Assembly (NCBI GenBank): GCA_951406725.2
Contig: OX597836.1
Span: forward strand, 12,586,001 to 12,650,000
Direction: 5' to 3'
From: Octopus vulgaris
Lineage: Eukaryota
DNA length: 64,000 nucleotides
Part shown: in pieces, positions 38,698 to 53,594 of the stretch
Layout of the letters: each line of letters opens with the position of its first letter
Position numbering within the stretch: position 1 is the stretch's first letter
The notes under the pieces: generated by a model
Told to the model about the DNA's origin: nothing
The model's database searches: none
Seen by the model: the letters and a program-made list of their open reading frames with translations, nothing else
Translations under genes and position numbers: made by a program

Positions 38698-40319
38698 TTT
38701 TTTTTTATTTATCTAGAAACTTACATTGTTGTTGTTGTTGTTGTTCCATAGCCCCACCCCAAGTCTGTTTTGATTTGGCCATGCCCAATCTTCGTCACCA
38801 GCCATACTCTTGTTTATACAGACAACAACCGACTTCTCTCCACCGCTTCTAACAAACAATATGAAGGTCGAGTTAGATCAGATATTTTCCACATTTCCTT
38901 TCAGCTATTATGTCCTTAATATTGGCTTCAAATAAGGCAGCGTCCTGGCAGAAACCATAACATGCTGGGCGAAATGTTTAACAGTAATTCGTCTGTTTTC
39001 ACATTCTGAGTTCAAATTCTGCTGAGGTCGACATTGCTTTTCATCCTTTCGGAGTCGATATATTAAGTACCAGTTGCGTACAGGGGTCAATCTCATCGAC
39101 TGGCCTCCCCTCCCCCAAAATTTTGGGCCTTGTGCCTATAGTAGAAAATAAAAAAAAAAAGAATATTGGCTTCAAATTTTGGCACAAGGCCAGCAATTTC
39201 AGGGGACAGAATTAAGTCGGTTCCATCAACCCCAGTGCTACACTGGTAGTTATTTTTTCGACCACCCAAAAGGATGAAAGTAAAAGTCGACCTCAGTAGA
39301 ATTTTTACTCAGAACATAAAAATGGTAAAAATTCCACTGAGCATTTTGTCCTCACATTGCTTCTTGCCAAGTACACTGCCTTATAAAGATCTTAATATTA
39401 GTAGATAGAAGTTACAGTTTCAATTTGGGGTGAGTCTCTGCAGTATGAAGAAATTAAGAATCGATCACATTCTTTACTTTACAAAAAACAATATATTGGG
39501 AAAGATAAAGGTGGAAGTTGGTAGGTGTCTGTGGAGAATGTTTAGTGGAATTATTCAACCAAGAGACAGTCACTAGAGTTCATTTTGGTTCATAGCTCAT
39601 TAGTTGTGTGGAATGAGAAATAAACAGTTTGAATTATAGGCAAAGGTGTAGCTGTGTGGTGAGAAGCTTTCTTCCGAACCACATGGTTCCAGGTTCAGTC
39701 CCACTGTGTGGTACCTTGGGCAAGTGTCTTCTACGATAGCCTTGAGCTGACCAAAGCCTTGTGAGTGGATTTGGTAGACAGAAACTGAAAGATGTCCATC
39801 ATGTATATATGTATATATGTATATATATGTATAGAAATTTATGTGTCTGTGTCTCTGCTTGTCTCCTCGCCATTGCTTGACAACTGATGTTGGTGGGTCT
39901 ATGTCCCCCGAAACATAGCAGTTCAGCAAACAGGCCAATAAAATTGAGAACCAATGTCGGTGTGTTTACATCCACATAACTTAACAATTCGGCAAAAGAT
40001 ACTGACAGAATAAATACTAGGCTAACAAAGAATAAGTCCTGGGGTCAATTTATTCGATTAAAAGCAGTGTTCCGACATGGCCACAGTCAAATAACTGAAA
40101 AGAGTAAAAGAGTAATTAAGATAATTAAGGTACCGATGTAAGAGGAATTAATTGAAAATATTCCTTCCCTACATGAGTTTCAGAGTAAACACAGTTACAT
40201 AGGTTGTCCCCCATGCTAGGAACTTTGGGCAAGTGTCCTCTGCTATGGCCTCGGACCAACAAAAGACTTGCGAATGGATTTGGAAAATGAAAACTGAAAG
40301 AATTCAAACACAAAACCAT

Positions 40320-40965
40320 TCTTCTTCTTTTTCACCCTCTACTTCAATTTCTCTTTCATTAATTCTTTTTTTCTTTCTTCTTACATTTTGCTTCAATTCT
40401 TCTTCAATTCTTCTTTAATTCTTCTTATTGTTCTTTCATTCTTCTTCAATTCTTCTCCTTCTTTAATTCTTCTTTAATTCTTCTTATTGTTCTTTCATTC
40501 TTCTTCAATTCTTCTCCTTTAATTCTTCTTTAATTCTTCTTATTCTTCTTCCATTCTTCTTCAATTCTTCTCCTTCTTTAATTCTTCTTTAATTCTTCTT
40601 ATTCTTCTTCCATTCTTCTTCAATTCTTCTCCTTCTTTAATTCTTATTCTTCTTCCATTCTTCTTCAATTCTTCTCCTTCAGTTCTTCTCTTTCTTTAAT
40701 TCTTCGTTTTCTTCATTCTCCTTCTTCTTTCAGTCTTCTTCGCATCTTCAATTCTTCTCCTTCATTTCTGTTTAATTCTTCTTCTTCTTCATTCTTTGTC
40801 TTCTTCTTCATTTTCATTCTTCTTTAATTCTTCTGCTTCTTTAATTCTTCATCTTCATTCTCTTTTCTTCTTCTTTCAGTCTTCTTCACTTCTTCTTCAA
40901 TTCTTCTTCTTCATTTCTGTTTAATTCTTCTTCTTCTGTTGTCCTTCAGTTCTTTTCCTTCTTCA
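40320..40965. repeat. TTC-rich degenerate simple repeat
   Basis: Visible directly. A similar tract lies at 41630-42385. Confidence 0.9.
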
Positions 40966-43309
40966 TTACCTGCAGAATTCAAACACCGCATCAGCTGCGA
41001 GCTGTATGGTTGTGTTAACCACTACACCCAATCGATCGACAAACTGGCAAACAGATAGAAAGAGCGACGAGAGAGAGAGGGCAGGAGAGAAAGAAGGCAT
41101 GAGAAAGAGAGAGAGAGAGAGAGAGATGGAGTGTGTATTTGAGTGTGCAAAGGAGACAGAGAAAGAATAACAGAAAAACAGCAAAGAAAAAGGAAAAAAA
41201 AAAAAGCAAAAACAAAAATGCCAAGCAATTTGAATCGGTCAATGTTTTATTAGTAATTGTTAGGAAACTGGCTACAATGAGTGTGTCCACATTGAGATGC
41301 AGTATTTGGTCAAGGCTGTTCTGTCCGAGTTCCACCCTCCCCCTACACACACACACTTATGTGACCTGTTTAGCCCTTTTGCTTATGTTGAGCCAATCTA
41401 CTTTGCAATCCTTTCCATTCAAACCTCTCTCCGTAGCACTTTGTAAGTTTTCTTTGCCATTTCTTGCGACCGTTTTTCGCATTCTAAACATTAATGTGTG
41501 AAATTTTGTTTCACCAAATACACTTTATTCAAGTAATAATAATCTCCCCCCCGTTTTCTCTTCATCCTCTCTTCTCACATTAACCTTCTTGATCTGCTCT
41601 TTGCCTACACTAACAGCCTTTATTACTGCCTTTTCCTTCTTCTTCTTCTTCTTCCTACATTCTTCTTCAATTCTTCTTTTACAATTCTTCTTCTTCTCAT
41701 TTAATTTTTCTGCTTCTTCTTCATCTTTAATTCTTCTTCTTCGTCTTCTTTAATTCTTCTTCTTCTTTAATTCTTCAATTCTTCTTCTTTAATTCTTCTT
41801 TCATTCTTCATCATTCTTCTCTTTCTTTAATTCTTCTTCTTTTCTTCTTCTTCAGATTTTCTCTTCTTCTTTAATTCTTCTTTCATTCTTCATCATTCTT
41901 CTCTCTCTTTAATTCTTCTTCATTCTTCTCTTCCTTTAATTCTTCTTCTTTCATTCTTCATCATTCTTCTCTTTCTTTAATTCTTCTTCTATTCTTTTCT
42001 TCAAATCTTCTCTTCTTTCATTCTTCTTTCATTCTTCATCCTTCTTCTCTTTCTTTAATTCTTCTTCATTCTTCTCTTCCTTTAATTCTTCTTCTTTCAT
42101 TCTTCATCATTCTTCTCTTTCTTTAATTCTTCTTCTATTCTTTTCTTCAAATCTTCTCTTCTTTCATTCTTCTTTCATTCTTCATCCTTCTTCTCTTTCT
42201 TTAATTCTTCTTCATTCTTCTCTTCCTTTAATTCTTCTTCTTTCATTCTTCATCATTCTTCTCTTTCTTTAATTCTTCTTCATTCTTCTCTTCCTTTAAT
42301 TCTTCTTCTTTCATTCTTCATAATTTTTCTCTTTCTTTAATTCTTCTTTTTCTTCTTCAATTCTTCTTCTTCAAATCTTCTTCTTCTAGCATTTTAGCAT
42401 GCTACCGTTTCTGCCAGCTCGCTGCCTTAAGTCCCCAGTTTCTGCCCCTTTATCATAATTAAACTTCTCATCACATGACACAAGGCCACCTCCCTCAATA
42501 CCACCCCTGCTCTCTCTCTCCAAGTCAAGGGGTTTTTCTCTTACAAGTGACATGGTGACCTCTCTGGTGCTGGTGTCACATAAAAGCACCCAGTCTACTG
42601 GGGGTTCACATATGGAAAGGCATCCGGCTGTAGAAACCATACTAAACCAAACAGTGGAGCTTGGCACAGTTTTCTGACTTGCCAGCTTCTGTCAAACCAT
42701 CCATTCCATGCCAGTATGGAAACAGGGTGCTAAATGATGATGATGACGACGATCATCATCATTGGTGGCGGTGGCATCACCTTCTTTTTTATTCTCATCT
42801 TTTTCATCTTCACCATCATCTTTTCAGCATCATCATCATCATCATCACCATCATCACCATCATCATCATCACCATCATCACCATCATCATCATCACCATC
42901 ATCACCATCATCATCATCATCATCACCATCATCATTACCATCAACATCATCGTCATTTTCTTTCTCATTCTCATCTTTTTCATCACTATCTTTGTTGTTC
43001 TCATCATTATCTTCATCATCTTTTTCAAATTCACCATCATCATCATCATCATCATTTTCTTTCTCATTCTCATCTTTTATATCTTCGCCATCATCTTTTT
43101 ATCTTTTGGATCATTATCTTCATTTTCATCATCGTCATCATCATCATCATCATCACCATCATTCACTCCTGCCTTTTTTTCCCTGTACTTCATCTCATTC
43201 CTTTCTTTCTCCACCTCTTCCTTCTTTTTTTCTTCACTTCTTCCTCTCCCACATTAACTTTCTCTAACTCTTTCTCTTTCACTGGTACCCATTTTTACAA
43301 CTGCAGATC

Positions 43310-43612
43310 AAGAGAGAAAGAGAGAAGAGAGAGATAGAGAGAAGAAAGAGAGAAGAGCAAAGCAAGAGAGAGAGAAGAGGGAAAGAAAGAGAGAAGAAAG
43401 AGAGAAGAACAAAGTGAGAGAGAGAGAAGAGGGAAAGAAAGAGAAGAGAGAAGCGAGAGAGAAGAGAGAAAGAGAGAGAGAAGAGAGAAAGAAAGAGAAG
43501 AGAGAAAGAAAGAGAAGAGAGAGAGAGAGAGAAGAGAGAAAGAAAGAGAGAAGCAACAGAGAGAGAAGTGAGAGAGAAGGGAGAGAGAAGAGAGAAGAGA
43601 GAAAGAAAGAGA

Positions 43613-43647
<35 letters not shown>

Positions 43648-43896
43648 AGAAAGAAAGAAAAAAGAGAAAGAAAGAGAAGAGAGAAAGAAAGAAAAGAGAG
43701 AGAGAAAGAAAGAGAGAAGAGAGACAGAAAGAGAAGAGAGAAGCGAGAGAGAGAGAGAGAGAGAAGAGAGAGAAGGAGAGAGAAGCGAGAGAGAGAGAGA
43801 GAGAGAAGAGAGAAGGAAAGAGAAGAGAGAAGGAAAGAGAAGAGAGAAGGAAAGAGAAGAGAGATACAGAAAGAGAAAGAGAGAACGATAGAGAGA

Positions 43897-43954
<58 letters not shown>

Positions 43955-44305
43955 AGGAAAGAGAAGAGAGAAAGAAAGAGAAGAGAGAAAGAAAGAGAAG
44001 AGAGAAAGAGAGAAGAGAGGCAGAAAGAGAAGAGAGAAAGAGAGAAGAGAGAGAGAGAGAAAGAGAGAAGAGAGAGAGAGAGAAGAGAGAAATAAAGAGA
44101 AGAGAGAAAGAAAGAGAAGAGAGAAAGAAAGAAAAGAGAGTAAGAAAGAGAGAAGAGAGACAGAAAGAGAAGAGAGAAGCGAGAGAGAGAGAGAGAGAGA
44201 GAAGAGAGAAGGAAAGAGAAGAGAGAAGGAAAGAGAAGAGAGAAGCGAGAGAGAGAGAGAAGAGAGAAAGAAAGAGAAGAGAGAAAAGAGAAGCAAGAGA
44301 GAGAA
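43310..44305. repeat. About 1-kb almost pure polypurine (GA/GAA) tract
   Basis: Visible directly; source of the spurious long ORFs here. Confidence 0.95.
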
Positions 44306-44818
44306 AGCATAGTTGTTCTAGAAGACTCGTTAATATTCCTGGAACGAAGCTGTGTTATTATAAAAGCCACATCCTATAGTATTGGATTAGATGTTGCTTC
44401 CGCTAAATAAACCGCATCATCATCATCATCATGTGGCAACATGATGGTTATTCAAGAGCAACATGTGGTTATTCTGTGAGAATGTCTGTCTCACCAGAAG
44501 ACACACATTGTGGAATATGAACACGGAGGAAACCATTCTGTACAAGCAGCCAAATGTGCATTTAACTAATGTGCACGTTGAGCTTGTATGCACAGTCTTC
44601 TTATCTGTCACCGGTTGCAGTCATTGGACTGCAGCCATGCTGGGGAACTGCCTTGGAAGGTTTTAAGTCAAACAGATCAATCCTGTTGCTTTGTTACGCT
44701 TTAAGTCTGCTACTTATTTTATCAGTCTCTTTTGCTGAACTGCTAAGAGTTATGGGAATGTAAATAAACCAGCATTGGTTGTCAAGAGGTGGAAGCAACA
44801 AGCACAAACACACACATG

Positions 44819-44892
<74 letters not shown>

Positions 44893-45083
44893 CATACACA
44901 CATATATATATATATACACACACACATATATATATATACACACACACACACATATATACACACACACACATATAGATATATATACACACATATATATATA
45001 TATACACACATACACACACATATATATATACACACACATATATAGATATATATACACACATATATATATATATATACACACAT

Positions 45084-45134
<51 letters not shown>

Positions 45135-45975
45135 AAAATATATATATATTCCACTTGCAATCTCTTATATATACATATATACATCATCATCATCATCATT
45201 TAACGTCCACTTTCCATGCTGGCATGTGTTGGATGGTTTGACTGGGGACTAGTGAGCCAGATGGCTCCACCAGGTTCCAATCTGATCTGGCAGAGTTTCT
45301 ACAGCTGGATGCCCTTCCTAACGCCAACCACTCTGAGAGTGTAGTGGGTGCTTTTTACGTGCCATCGGCACGAGGGCTGGTTAGGCATTACTGGCAACGG
45401 CCACACTCAAACGGTGTTTTTACGTGTCACCTGCACAGGAGCCAGTCCAGTGGCACTGGCAACGCCCTCGCTCGAATGTTGTTTTTCATGTACCACCAAC
45501 ACACATGCCAGTAAGGTGATGCTACACACACACACACACACACACATACATATATATATTTTCGAAACACGGAGTAGATGAAGTAGGGACAACTGAAGAA
45601 GGGTAATATTCTTTATGTTGTATGTCTCGTTTCTCTGGGTTTTTTTTTTATGTTTGTGTTTCTCATTGCGTTCAACGTTTTTTTGATGTCCTGTATCCAT
45701 ATATGCATGTATATATACATATATATGTAGGTACGTACATATATGTATGTATATATGCATATATTTTATATATCATTTATATTATATATATATATTGATT
45801 GACATATATATGTATGTATAGACATACATATATGTATGTATATATATGGATATATATATATATTATTTATATTATATATATATATTGATAGACATATATA
45901 TATATACAGGCATATATATATGTATATATGCATGCATTTATATATTATTTATATTATATATGTATATTGATAGAG

Positions 45976-46008
<33 letters not shown>

Positions 46009-46085
46009 TATATACAGACATACATACATGTATGTATATATGCACATATTGATATATTATTTATATATATATATATATATATATA

Positions 46086-46158
<73 letters not shown>

Positions 46159-46338
46159 CATACATACATGTATGTATATATGCATGTATTTATATATTAT
46201 TTATATTATATATATATATTGATAGACATATATATGCATATATATATGTGTATATATATATATACAGACATACATACATGTATGTATATATGCACATATT
46301 GATATATTATTTATATTATATATATATTGATAGACATA

Positions 46339-46402
<64 letters not shown>

Positions 46403-47748
46403 CATACATACATGTATGTATATATGCACATATTGATATATTATTTATATTATATATATATATATTGATAGACATATATATGTATATATATATATATATA
46501 GACATACATATATGTATGTATATATGCATATACTTATATATTATTTATATTATATATATTGATAGACATATATAGACATATATACATACAATAGAAACAT
46601 GCTCAAGAAACACAACACAAAAACCAACCAACCTACCTACCTACCTACCAACCAACCAACCAACCAACCAACCAACCTACCTACCAACCAACCAAGAGCA
46701 GACAAGAAACAGGTTTAAAACTTGACATGTAACTAACCAAACAATGGAAATAACAAAAGAAATAAAAGAAGAAACAAAACAAAGCAAAAAAAAGAAGCCT
46801 TTGAAAGGAAACAAGAAATCCGATGAAGAGCATTTGTATTCAGCAGAAACTACAAAGCCAAACCATTAAAACACTAAACAAAGTAATTAGCAGTTACTAA
46901 AGACCATACTCAACCCCGCCACTGCATTCCAATATTTAATTAATTTTAATTAATTAAATATTTCTCGGTGTATTACATCGAGAATGTTAACACCCACTTC
47001 GGTTAAACAGCTTCGGCAACATGTTACATGCAACAATAACATTATTGTACAAGGCCTGACGTTGAAGCTAAGCTGCCATGTGACTGACCAATCGACCTGC
47101 TTGAAATAGCAGCGAAAATTTCCTCATTTAACACAGTGGGTTTTCAACCTGTTGCCCAGCAAGTTCTCTAGCTGGTTGCCTCCAGGGTGGATGCAATATT
47201 ACCGATAATGGCATGAAATTGCGCTTGACACCTTGGCCAATAACTGATGAGGAATTTATGACCTTCTGCGTTTGTTCTCCGTTCGTCTATGCATTCAGTG
47301 CCTTTAGTATGTTTTTCCGTCTGTTTATTACTATGTGTGTTTGACTTTTGAATGTGTGTGTATGTGTGTTTGTGTACCATGAGTACTTGACAACCGGTGT
47401 TGGTGTGTTTATGTCCCCATAACTTAGTGGTCCAGTAAAAGAGACCCATAAAGTGAGTACCAGGTTTTACAAAAAGATAAGTACTGGGGTTGATTCATTT
47501 GAATAAAAGTCTTCCGAGGTGGTGCCCCAGCATGGCCACAGTCTAATGACTGAAACAAGAGAAAAAACAATCAAACAAAAAAAAAACAGTGATGCCAATT
47601 CAAAACCAACATTGCCAAGGAGAGGAAGTAGAAAAGACAATCCAGAGTCAAGAACAGCAGAGAAAAATTGTCAATGACCAATATTCCAACATGAGCAAAG
47701 GGCCTAAGTAAGTATTTGACTTGTTGTAGTCCGTCAAAGTCTGTCAAA

Positions 47749-48146
47749 TCTCTCTCTATATAAAGCTGAAGCTGTCTGTGTGTGGCAGGTTTGGTAGCCT
47801 TCAACTAACACTATCTCCTCCGAGACCCTATGGCGCAAGTTGACCAAAATTGAGAGTATGATAGAAGAAGGCTTGCTCTTCCTTCCGTAGAAGAAAAAAT
47901 TCAAATCGGACCATGTTAACGCCAAAAATTATTTACATAAAAAAATGTGCTTTTTTCTATGAAAATCCCTATTTTTTACGATTTTTTGACTGCTGTGTCG
48001 CCATTCCCCGGTGTATTTCAATCAGAAAAATGTTCACTTAAAGAGAATAACAAGCTACATAATGCAAAATTTTTACTTTTCAAAAATTCCAATTCTAAAG
48101 GGTCGAAAAGAAAACAAACCCGAGCAACGCCGGGCGATACTGCTAG
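47749..48146 (+). mobile_element. Non-autonomous Helitron (same family as 21689)
   Basis: A|TC...cccgagcaacgccgggcgatactgCTAG|T. Confidence 0.9.
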
Positions 48147-48191
48147 TGAATATTATTTTTATCAACCTTCTTCCAGACTAATTTACCATTA

Positions 48192-49123
48192 CAGTGATCC
48201 CTCGTTTATCGTGGTAGATTGGTTCCGAGACCAGATGCAATAACTGAATTTCCGCGAAGTAGGGACACCATATTTGCAGTATTTATTTAACGCGTATTTG
48301 GACTTTTAAAACCCTCCCTGTACTGTCAACAACCCACCCATTACAATAGTCTATTAATAACAAGGACAACTGTTAAGCAATAACACTTTAGATTTTAAAA
48401 AAATAAAGATTGTTACTGTACTCAACACGAAAGAAGTTGAAGTAAAATTTGAATGATGATGGTGATGAATTTGTAGCGCAGTAGAAATGATGATGATGAA
48501 GCTGACGACGGGGCCAATCACAGCCCGTCTTAAGTTCCAATACCCCTGTATATGCTTTTTGCTATTTTACGCTTGTTTTGTTGTTCCTAAACGAGGAAAT
48601 AATATTTATTATTAATATTTTAATGGATTTAATGAAAAAGTTTAGGTGTTCATATGTATATATACTAGCAGTATCGCCCGGCGTTGCTCGGATTTGTTTC
48701 GACCCTTTAGAATTGGAATTTTTCAAAAGTAAAAATGTTGCATTATGTAGCTTGTTATTCTCTTTAAGTGAACATTTTTCTGGTTGAAATACACCGAAAA
48801 ATAGCGACACAGCAGTCAAAAAAACGTAAAAAATAGGGATTTTCATAGAGAAAAAGGCACCTTTTTGATGTAAACAATTTTTGGTGTTAATATGGTCCAA
48901 TTTGAATTTTATCTTCAACGGAATGATGAGCAAGCCTCCTTCTATCATACTCTCAATTTTGGTCAACTTGCGCCACAGGGTCTCGGAGGAGATGGTGTTA
49001 GTTAAAGGATACCAAACCTGCCACACACACAGGCAACTTCAGCTTTATATATATATATATTTTTAAAATCCGCGAAGTCGTGAATTCGCGATAGTTGAAC
49101 CGCGAAATAGCGAGGGATCACTG
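48192..49123. mobile_element. pogo/Tigger-type MITE carrying a nested Helitron
   Basis: TA|CAGTGATCCCTCG ... CGAGGGATCACTG|TA terminal inverted repeats. Confidence 0.88.
48665..49060 (-). mobile_element. Non-autonomous Helitron nested in the MITE
   Basis: CTAG at 48665-48668, reverse complement of the 21689 family. The 5' end merges into (TA)n. Confidence 0.85.
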
Positions 49124-49125
49124 TA

Positions 49126-51945
49126 GTAGTTCGTCAAATAAAGACAATTTTACCAGCAGTGGTTCGTCAAGTAAAATACACTTTTGTAAAACTTACTTAT
49201 TGTATTCTGCTATTGGTGGTTTAATCCAATAAATACAGTTTTGGAAATTTTATTTAATTTGGTCTTAGCTGGTCCATCAGATAAAGACGGTTTTTGTCAA
49301 CACTTTCTCTTAATTTATCAATAGCAATTCGTTAAATAAATACGGCTTTGTAAAGCTTGTTTTCTTTACCACCAGTAGTTTGTCAGATAAAAAAAAGAAA
49401 CGTTTTCATTGCATTGTCTATTCTGATTTATGACAAATAGTTCGTCAAATAAACAGGGTTTGTCAACATTTTCTGTCCTAATTTACAACTAATTTTTCAT
49501 CCGTGGTCTGTTCAATAAAGACAGTTTTTGTCACCATTGTTTATTTTAATTTACTACCAGTTATTCACCAAATAAATACGAGTCTTGTAAAACTCGTTTT
49601 TTATGACCAGCGATTTGTCAAATAAATATGGTTTTGTCGACATCGTTTGTCATAATTTATGGCCAATTGTTGATCCAATAAAGATAGTTTCGTTGACATT
49701 GTCTATCCTAATATTTCACCAAATAAATATGGTTTTGCAAAGTTGGTTTATCCTGTTTTACCTTCGATGGTTTATCAAGTAAGCACGATTATATAAATTT
49801 TGTTTGGCCAATTTCACCAGCAATGGTCTGTCAAATAAATGTTTTCTCGGTGCCTTATCTTAATTTCCCAATAGGTAAATAAAGCTTATTTTGTTTTGCT
49901 TTTTTATTTTTTACAGAGGTTCCTCAAATAAATACAGTTTTGTAGACATTACCTATTTTAATTTACAACAAATTGTTCGTTAAATACAGTTTGTAGATTT
50001 GATTTATACTAATTTACCATCAGTAGTTCGTCAAATAAACACAGTAGGATCAGGGATGAAATTAGACGTAGATGCTGGAACTGGATTGACACGTCCTCAG
50101 ACAAGAGGAAGCGATTGAATCATGGCATTCAAGAGGAAGCCTGAAAGAGCTGGGTTCCCTAAAACCACATGGCAAAAGACCATTGACGAGAAGGGTGGAG
50201 AAACTAGAATGAAAGCAGAGCTGGCTGGAGAGATTGTGTTGTGGCCTTTTGTACCTCATGCTCATGGCTTGGAGAAAACTGACGAATCTCTTTCGATTTA
50301 CAACCAATTGTTCGTTAAATAAATACAGTTTCATGAACCTGATTTATGTTATTTTATCATCAGTATTTCGTAAAATAAACACAGGTTTTGTTGACAGGAA
50401 CAGGATCGGTGACGAAATAAGATGCCGACACTGGAACTGGTTCAGACACGTCCTCAGACAAGACCAAGGAAGCGATTGAATGCTGGCCTGAGAGAAAAAG
50501 AACAGAAAGGTGCCTTAAAACCACATGGTGAAAGACCATTGACAAGGAAAGGAGACGAGAAGAGTGGAGAAAGTAGAATGAGACCAGAACAGTGGCAGGA
50601 AGCAGAACTGGTTGGAGAGATCATGTTGTGGCGTTATATGTTTCATGGTATGGAGAGAGCTAATGAACTAACAAACGAACCTATTTTCATTTACAAGCAG
50701 TTGTTCGTTAGATAAATACAGTTTTGTAAATATGATTTATACTAATTTATCATCAGTGTTTGTCAAATAAACACAGGTTTTACAGACATCAACAGGATCG
50801 GTGACGAAATAAAATATAAACTCTGGAACTGTTTTGACACGTCCTTAGACAAGACTAGCAGTATTGCATGGCGTTGCTCGGGTTTGTTTCGACCCTTTAG
50901 AATTGGAAATTTTTGAAAAGTAAAAATTTGCATTATGTAGCTTGTTATTCTTTTTAAGGGAACGTTTTTCTGGTTGAAATACATCCGAAAAATGGCGACA
51001 CAGCAAATCAAAAAATCGTAAAAAGTAGGGATTTTCATAGAAAAAAAGCACCTATTTGATGTAAATAATTTTCGGTGTTAACATGGTATGATTTGAATTT
51101 TTTCTACGGAAGGAAGAGCAAGCCTTCTCCTATCATATTCTCAATTTTGGTCAACTTGCGCCGCAGGGTCTCGGAGGAGATAGTGTTAGTTGAAGGCTAC
51201 CAAACCTGTCACACACAGGCAACTTCAGCTTTATATAGAGAGTGATTGAGAAAGTAATTGAATCGTAACAGTAAAGTGACAGCCTGAAAGGACCCTAACA
51301 CCACATGGCAAAGGACCATTGACCAAGAAAGGAGACGAGAAGGGAGAGAACGGTGGCAGAAAACAGCTGGTCGGAGAGATTGTGTTGCGGTCTCATGTTC
51401 CTCATGGCATGGAGAGAACTAACTAACGAGCGTATTCTGATTGACAACCAAATTGTTAATTGGATAAATACAGTTTCGTGAACCCAATATATACTTATAT
51501 GCCATGAATGGTTCATCAAATAAATACAGATTTTGTTAGCATCGACAGGATCGGTAATGGAATAAAATGCGGACATTGAAACTGGATCAGACACGTCCTC
51601 AGACAAGATCAAGAAAGTGATTGAGTGTTAGCATTCTAGTGGAAGCCTGAGCGGGGAAAAGAACAGTTGGGTACCCTAAAACCACATGGCAAAGGCCTAT
51701 TGACAAAGAAAAGCGACACGAAGCGTGGAGTGGCTGGAATTTGACCAAAACAATGACAGAAAACAGAGCTGGTTGGATAGATCGTGTTGCGGTGTTACGT
51801 TCCTTGTGGCACGGAGAGAACAAACAAACAAACCTTTCTGATTTACAACCAAATTGTTCGTTAAATAAATACAGTTTTATGAACCTGATTTATACTAATT
51901 TATCATCAGTGGTTCGTCAAATAAACACAGGTTTTTCTAAACTTT
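49126..51945. repeat. Degenerate satellite (tttacca.cagt.gttcgtcaaataaatacagttttgt), with larger units containing RTE 3' fragments from ~50045
   Basis: Motif recurs roughly every 55-60 bp. Four larger units encode decayed EIR.R.WNW..HVLR...W.P..KR..G.PK.TW. Confidence 0.8.
50855..51241 (-). mobile_element. Non-autonomous Helitron inserted in the satellite
   Basis: CTAG at 50855-50858 and ...ttatatagaga at the other end (TC start on the minus strand). Confidence 0.87.
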
Positions 51946-52635
51946 GTTTACCCAACTTTTTTCCCTCATCCATCACTCCTTTTACAAACCGTTTCTTACA
52001 ACCTTCACTCAAACACCAAACTAAAGAATCCAAGCTTCCAAGCCAAACCCAGAAATCACACAAAACAAATCGATATTTCACAATTAAATTTAAAGATTTC
52101 TAAGTTAATCAATCAATCTAACACTTAAAACCATATTATTTTTATTGATCTCTTCTGTATTTTGCATATATCCTTTCCTTTATCCTTTCATCTTGCACCT
52201 TTTTTTGCCTTGTTTTCTTTCAGTATTGCTGTATTTTTTTTTTGCGGAATTACGTTTACCATTATTATTATTGTTGTTGCTGTTGTTATTTATAACTGTT
52301 GTTCTCATTGGAAGGTTTGTTGACCCTTCGGGGTGGCAACTGCATTAACGTCAAGAAAATCTTACATTCCTTATATTCTGTATTGTGTGAAAAATTGATT
52401 TCAATTTTCTTCCCTGTTTGGGGGAAAAAAAAGGAAAAAAAAAGGGGGGGGGGGAGAAAGGAAAGACTAGATGAAGTGTGCGCACACATGCTTGTGTGTA
52501 CACAAACATATATATATATACCTAATATACATATGCGGGCAAACATATAAACAGAAATGTGTACATGCATACATACACGCAAATGCACACCCATATAAAT
52601 ACTTAGACACATATAAAAGCCACTCATAAACACAT

Positions 52636-52679
<44 letters not shown>

Positions 52680-52727
52680 GCACAAACACATCCATATACA
52701 CAAACAGACAGAAACATATAAACACAA

Positions 52728-52768
<41 letters not shown>

Positions 52769-53594
52769 TAGATAGATTTACATATACACACACATCCATA
52801 CATATATATATACAATTTTCACACCTGTGAACAAATACTAGTATATATATATATATATATATATACATACACACACCTCCATTCATATATATAATTATAC
52901 ACATACACACACATATACATATATCTATACACACATACATTCAAACACATCCATACACACACCTATAAATTCATACACAAACACACACGCCTGCACGCAT
53001 ATATACACACATGTACACTTATAGAAGGACGGAGCAAGAGAAGGAAATCAAAGCCACCCAGTGTAATCGCTTCTCTCTCAACAGAGATCAATATATTTGT
53101 TCTCGTGAAAAAGAATAAGGTCACCATTTTCTCTTCACAGTTTCCTGGCCTCAATTCAACATTTCCTTTTCTCTCCTAATTCTGGAAGATTCTTCTAGAA
53201 ATTTCTGCCCACAACAACAAAACTAGATTCCACATCATTTTAATCTCTTCCAGTTAATCCTTTTTACGGTTACTTATTTCAGTCACTGGGATGCGATCAT
53301 GCTGGAGCATCATTTTGAAGTATTTTAGCAGCACAGTTTGACCCCAGGCTCATACTTACTCTTTGAATCTTTTGCTTGTTTCAGTCATTTGACTGTGGCC
53401 ACGCTGGAGCACCGCCTTTAGTCGAGCAAATCGACCCCCCAGGACTTATTCTTTGTAAGCCTAGTACTTATTCTATCGGACTCTTTTGCTGAACCACTAA
53501 GTTAAAGGGATGTAAACACACCACCGTCGGTTGTCAAGCGATGTTGGGAGGGGCAAACACAGACACACAAACTTATACACACACACACGCCATG

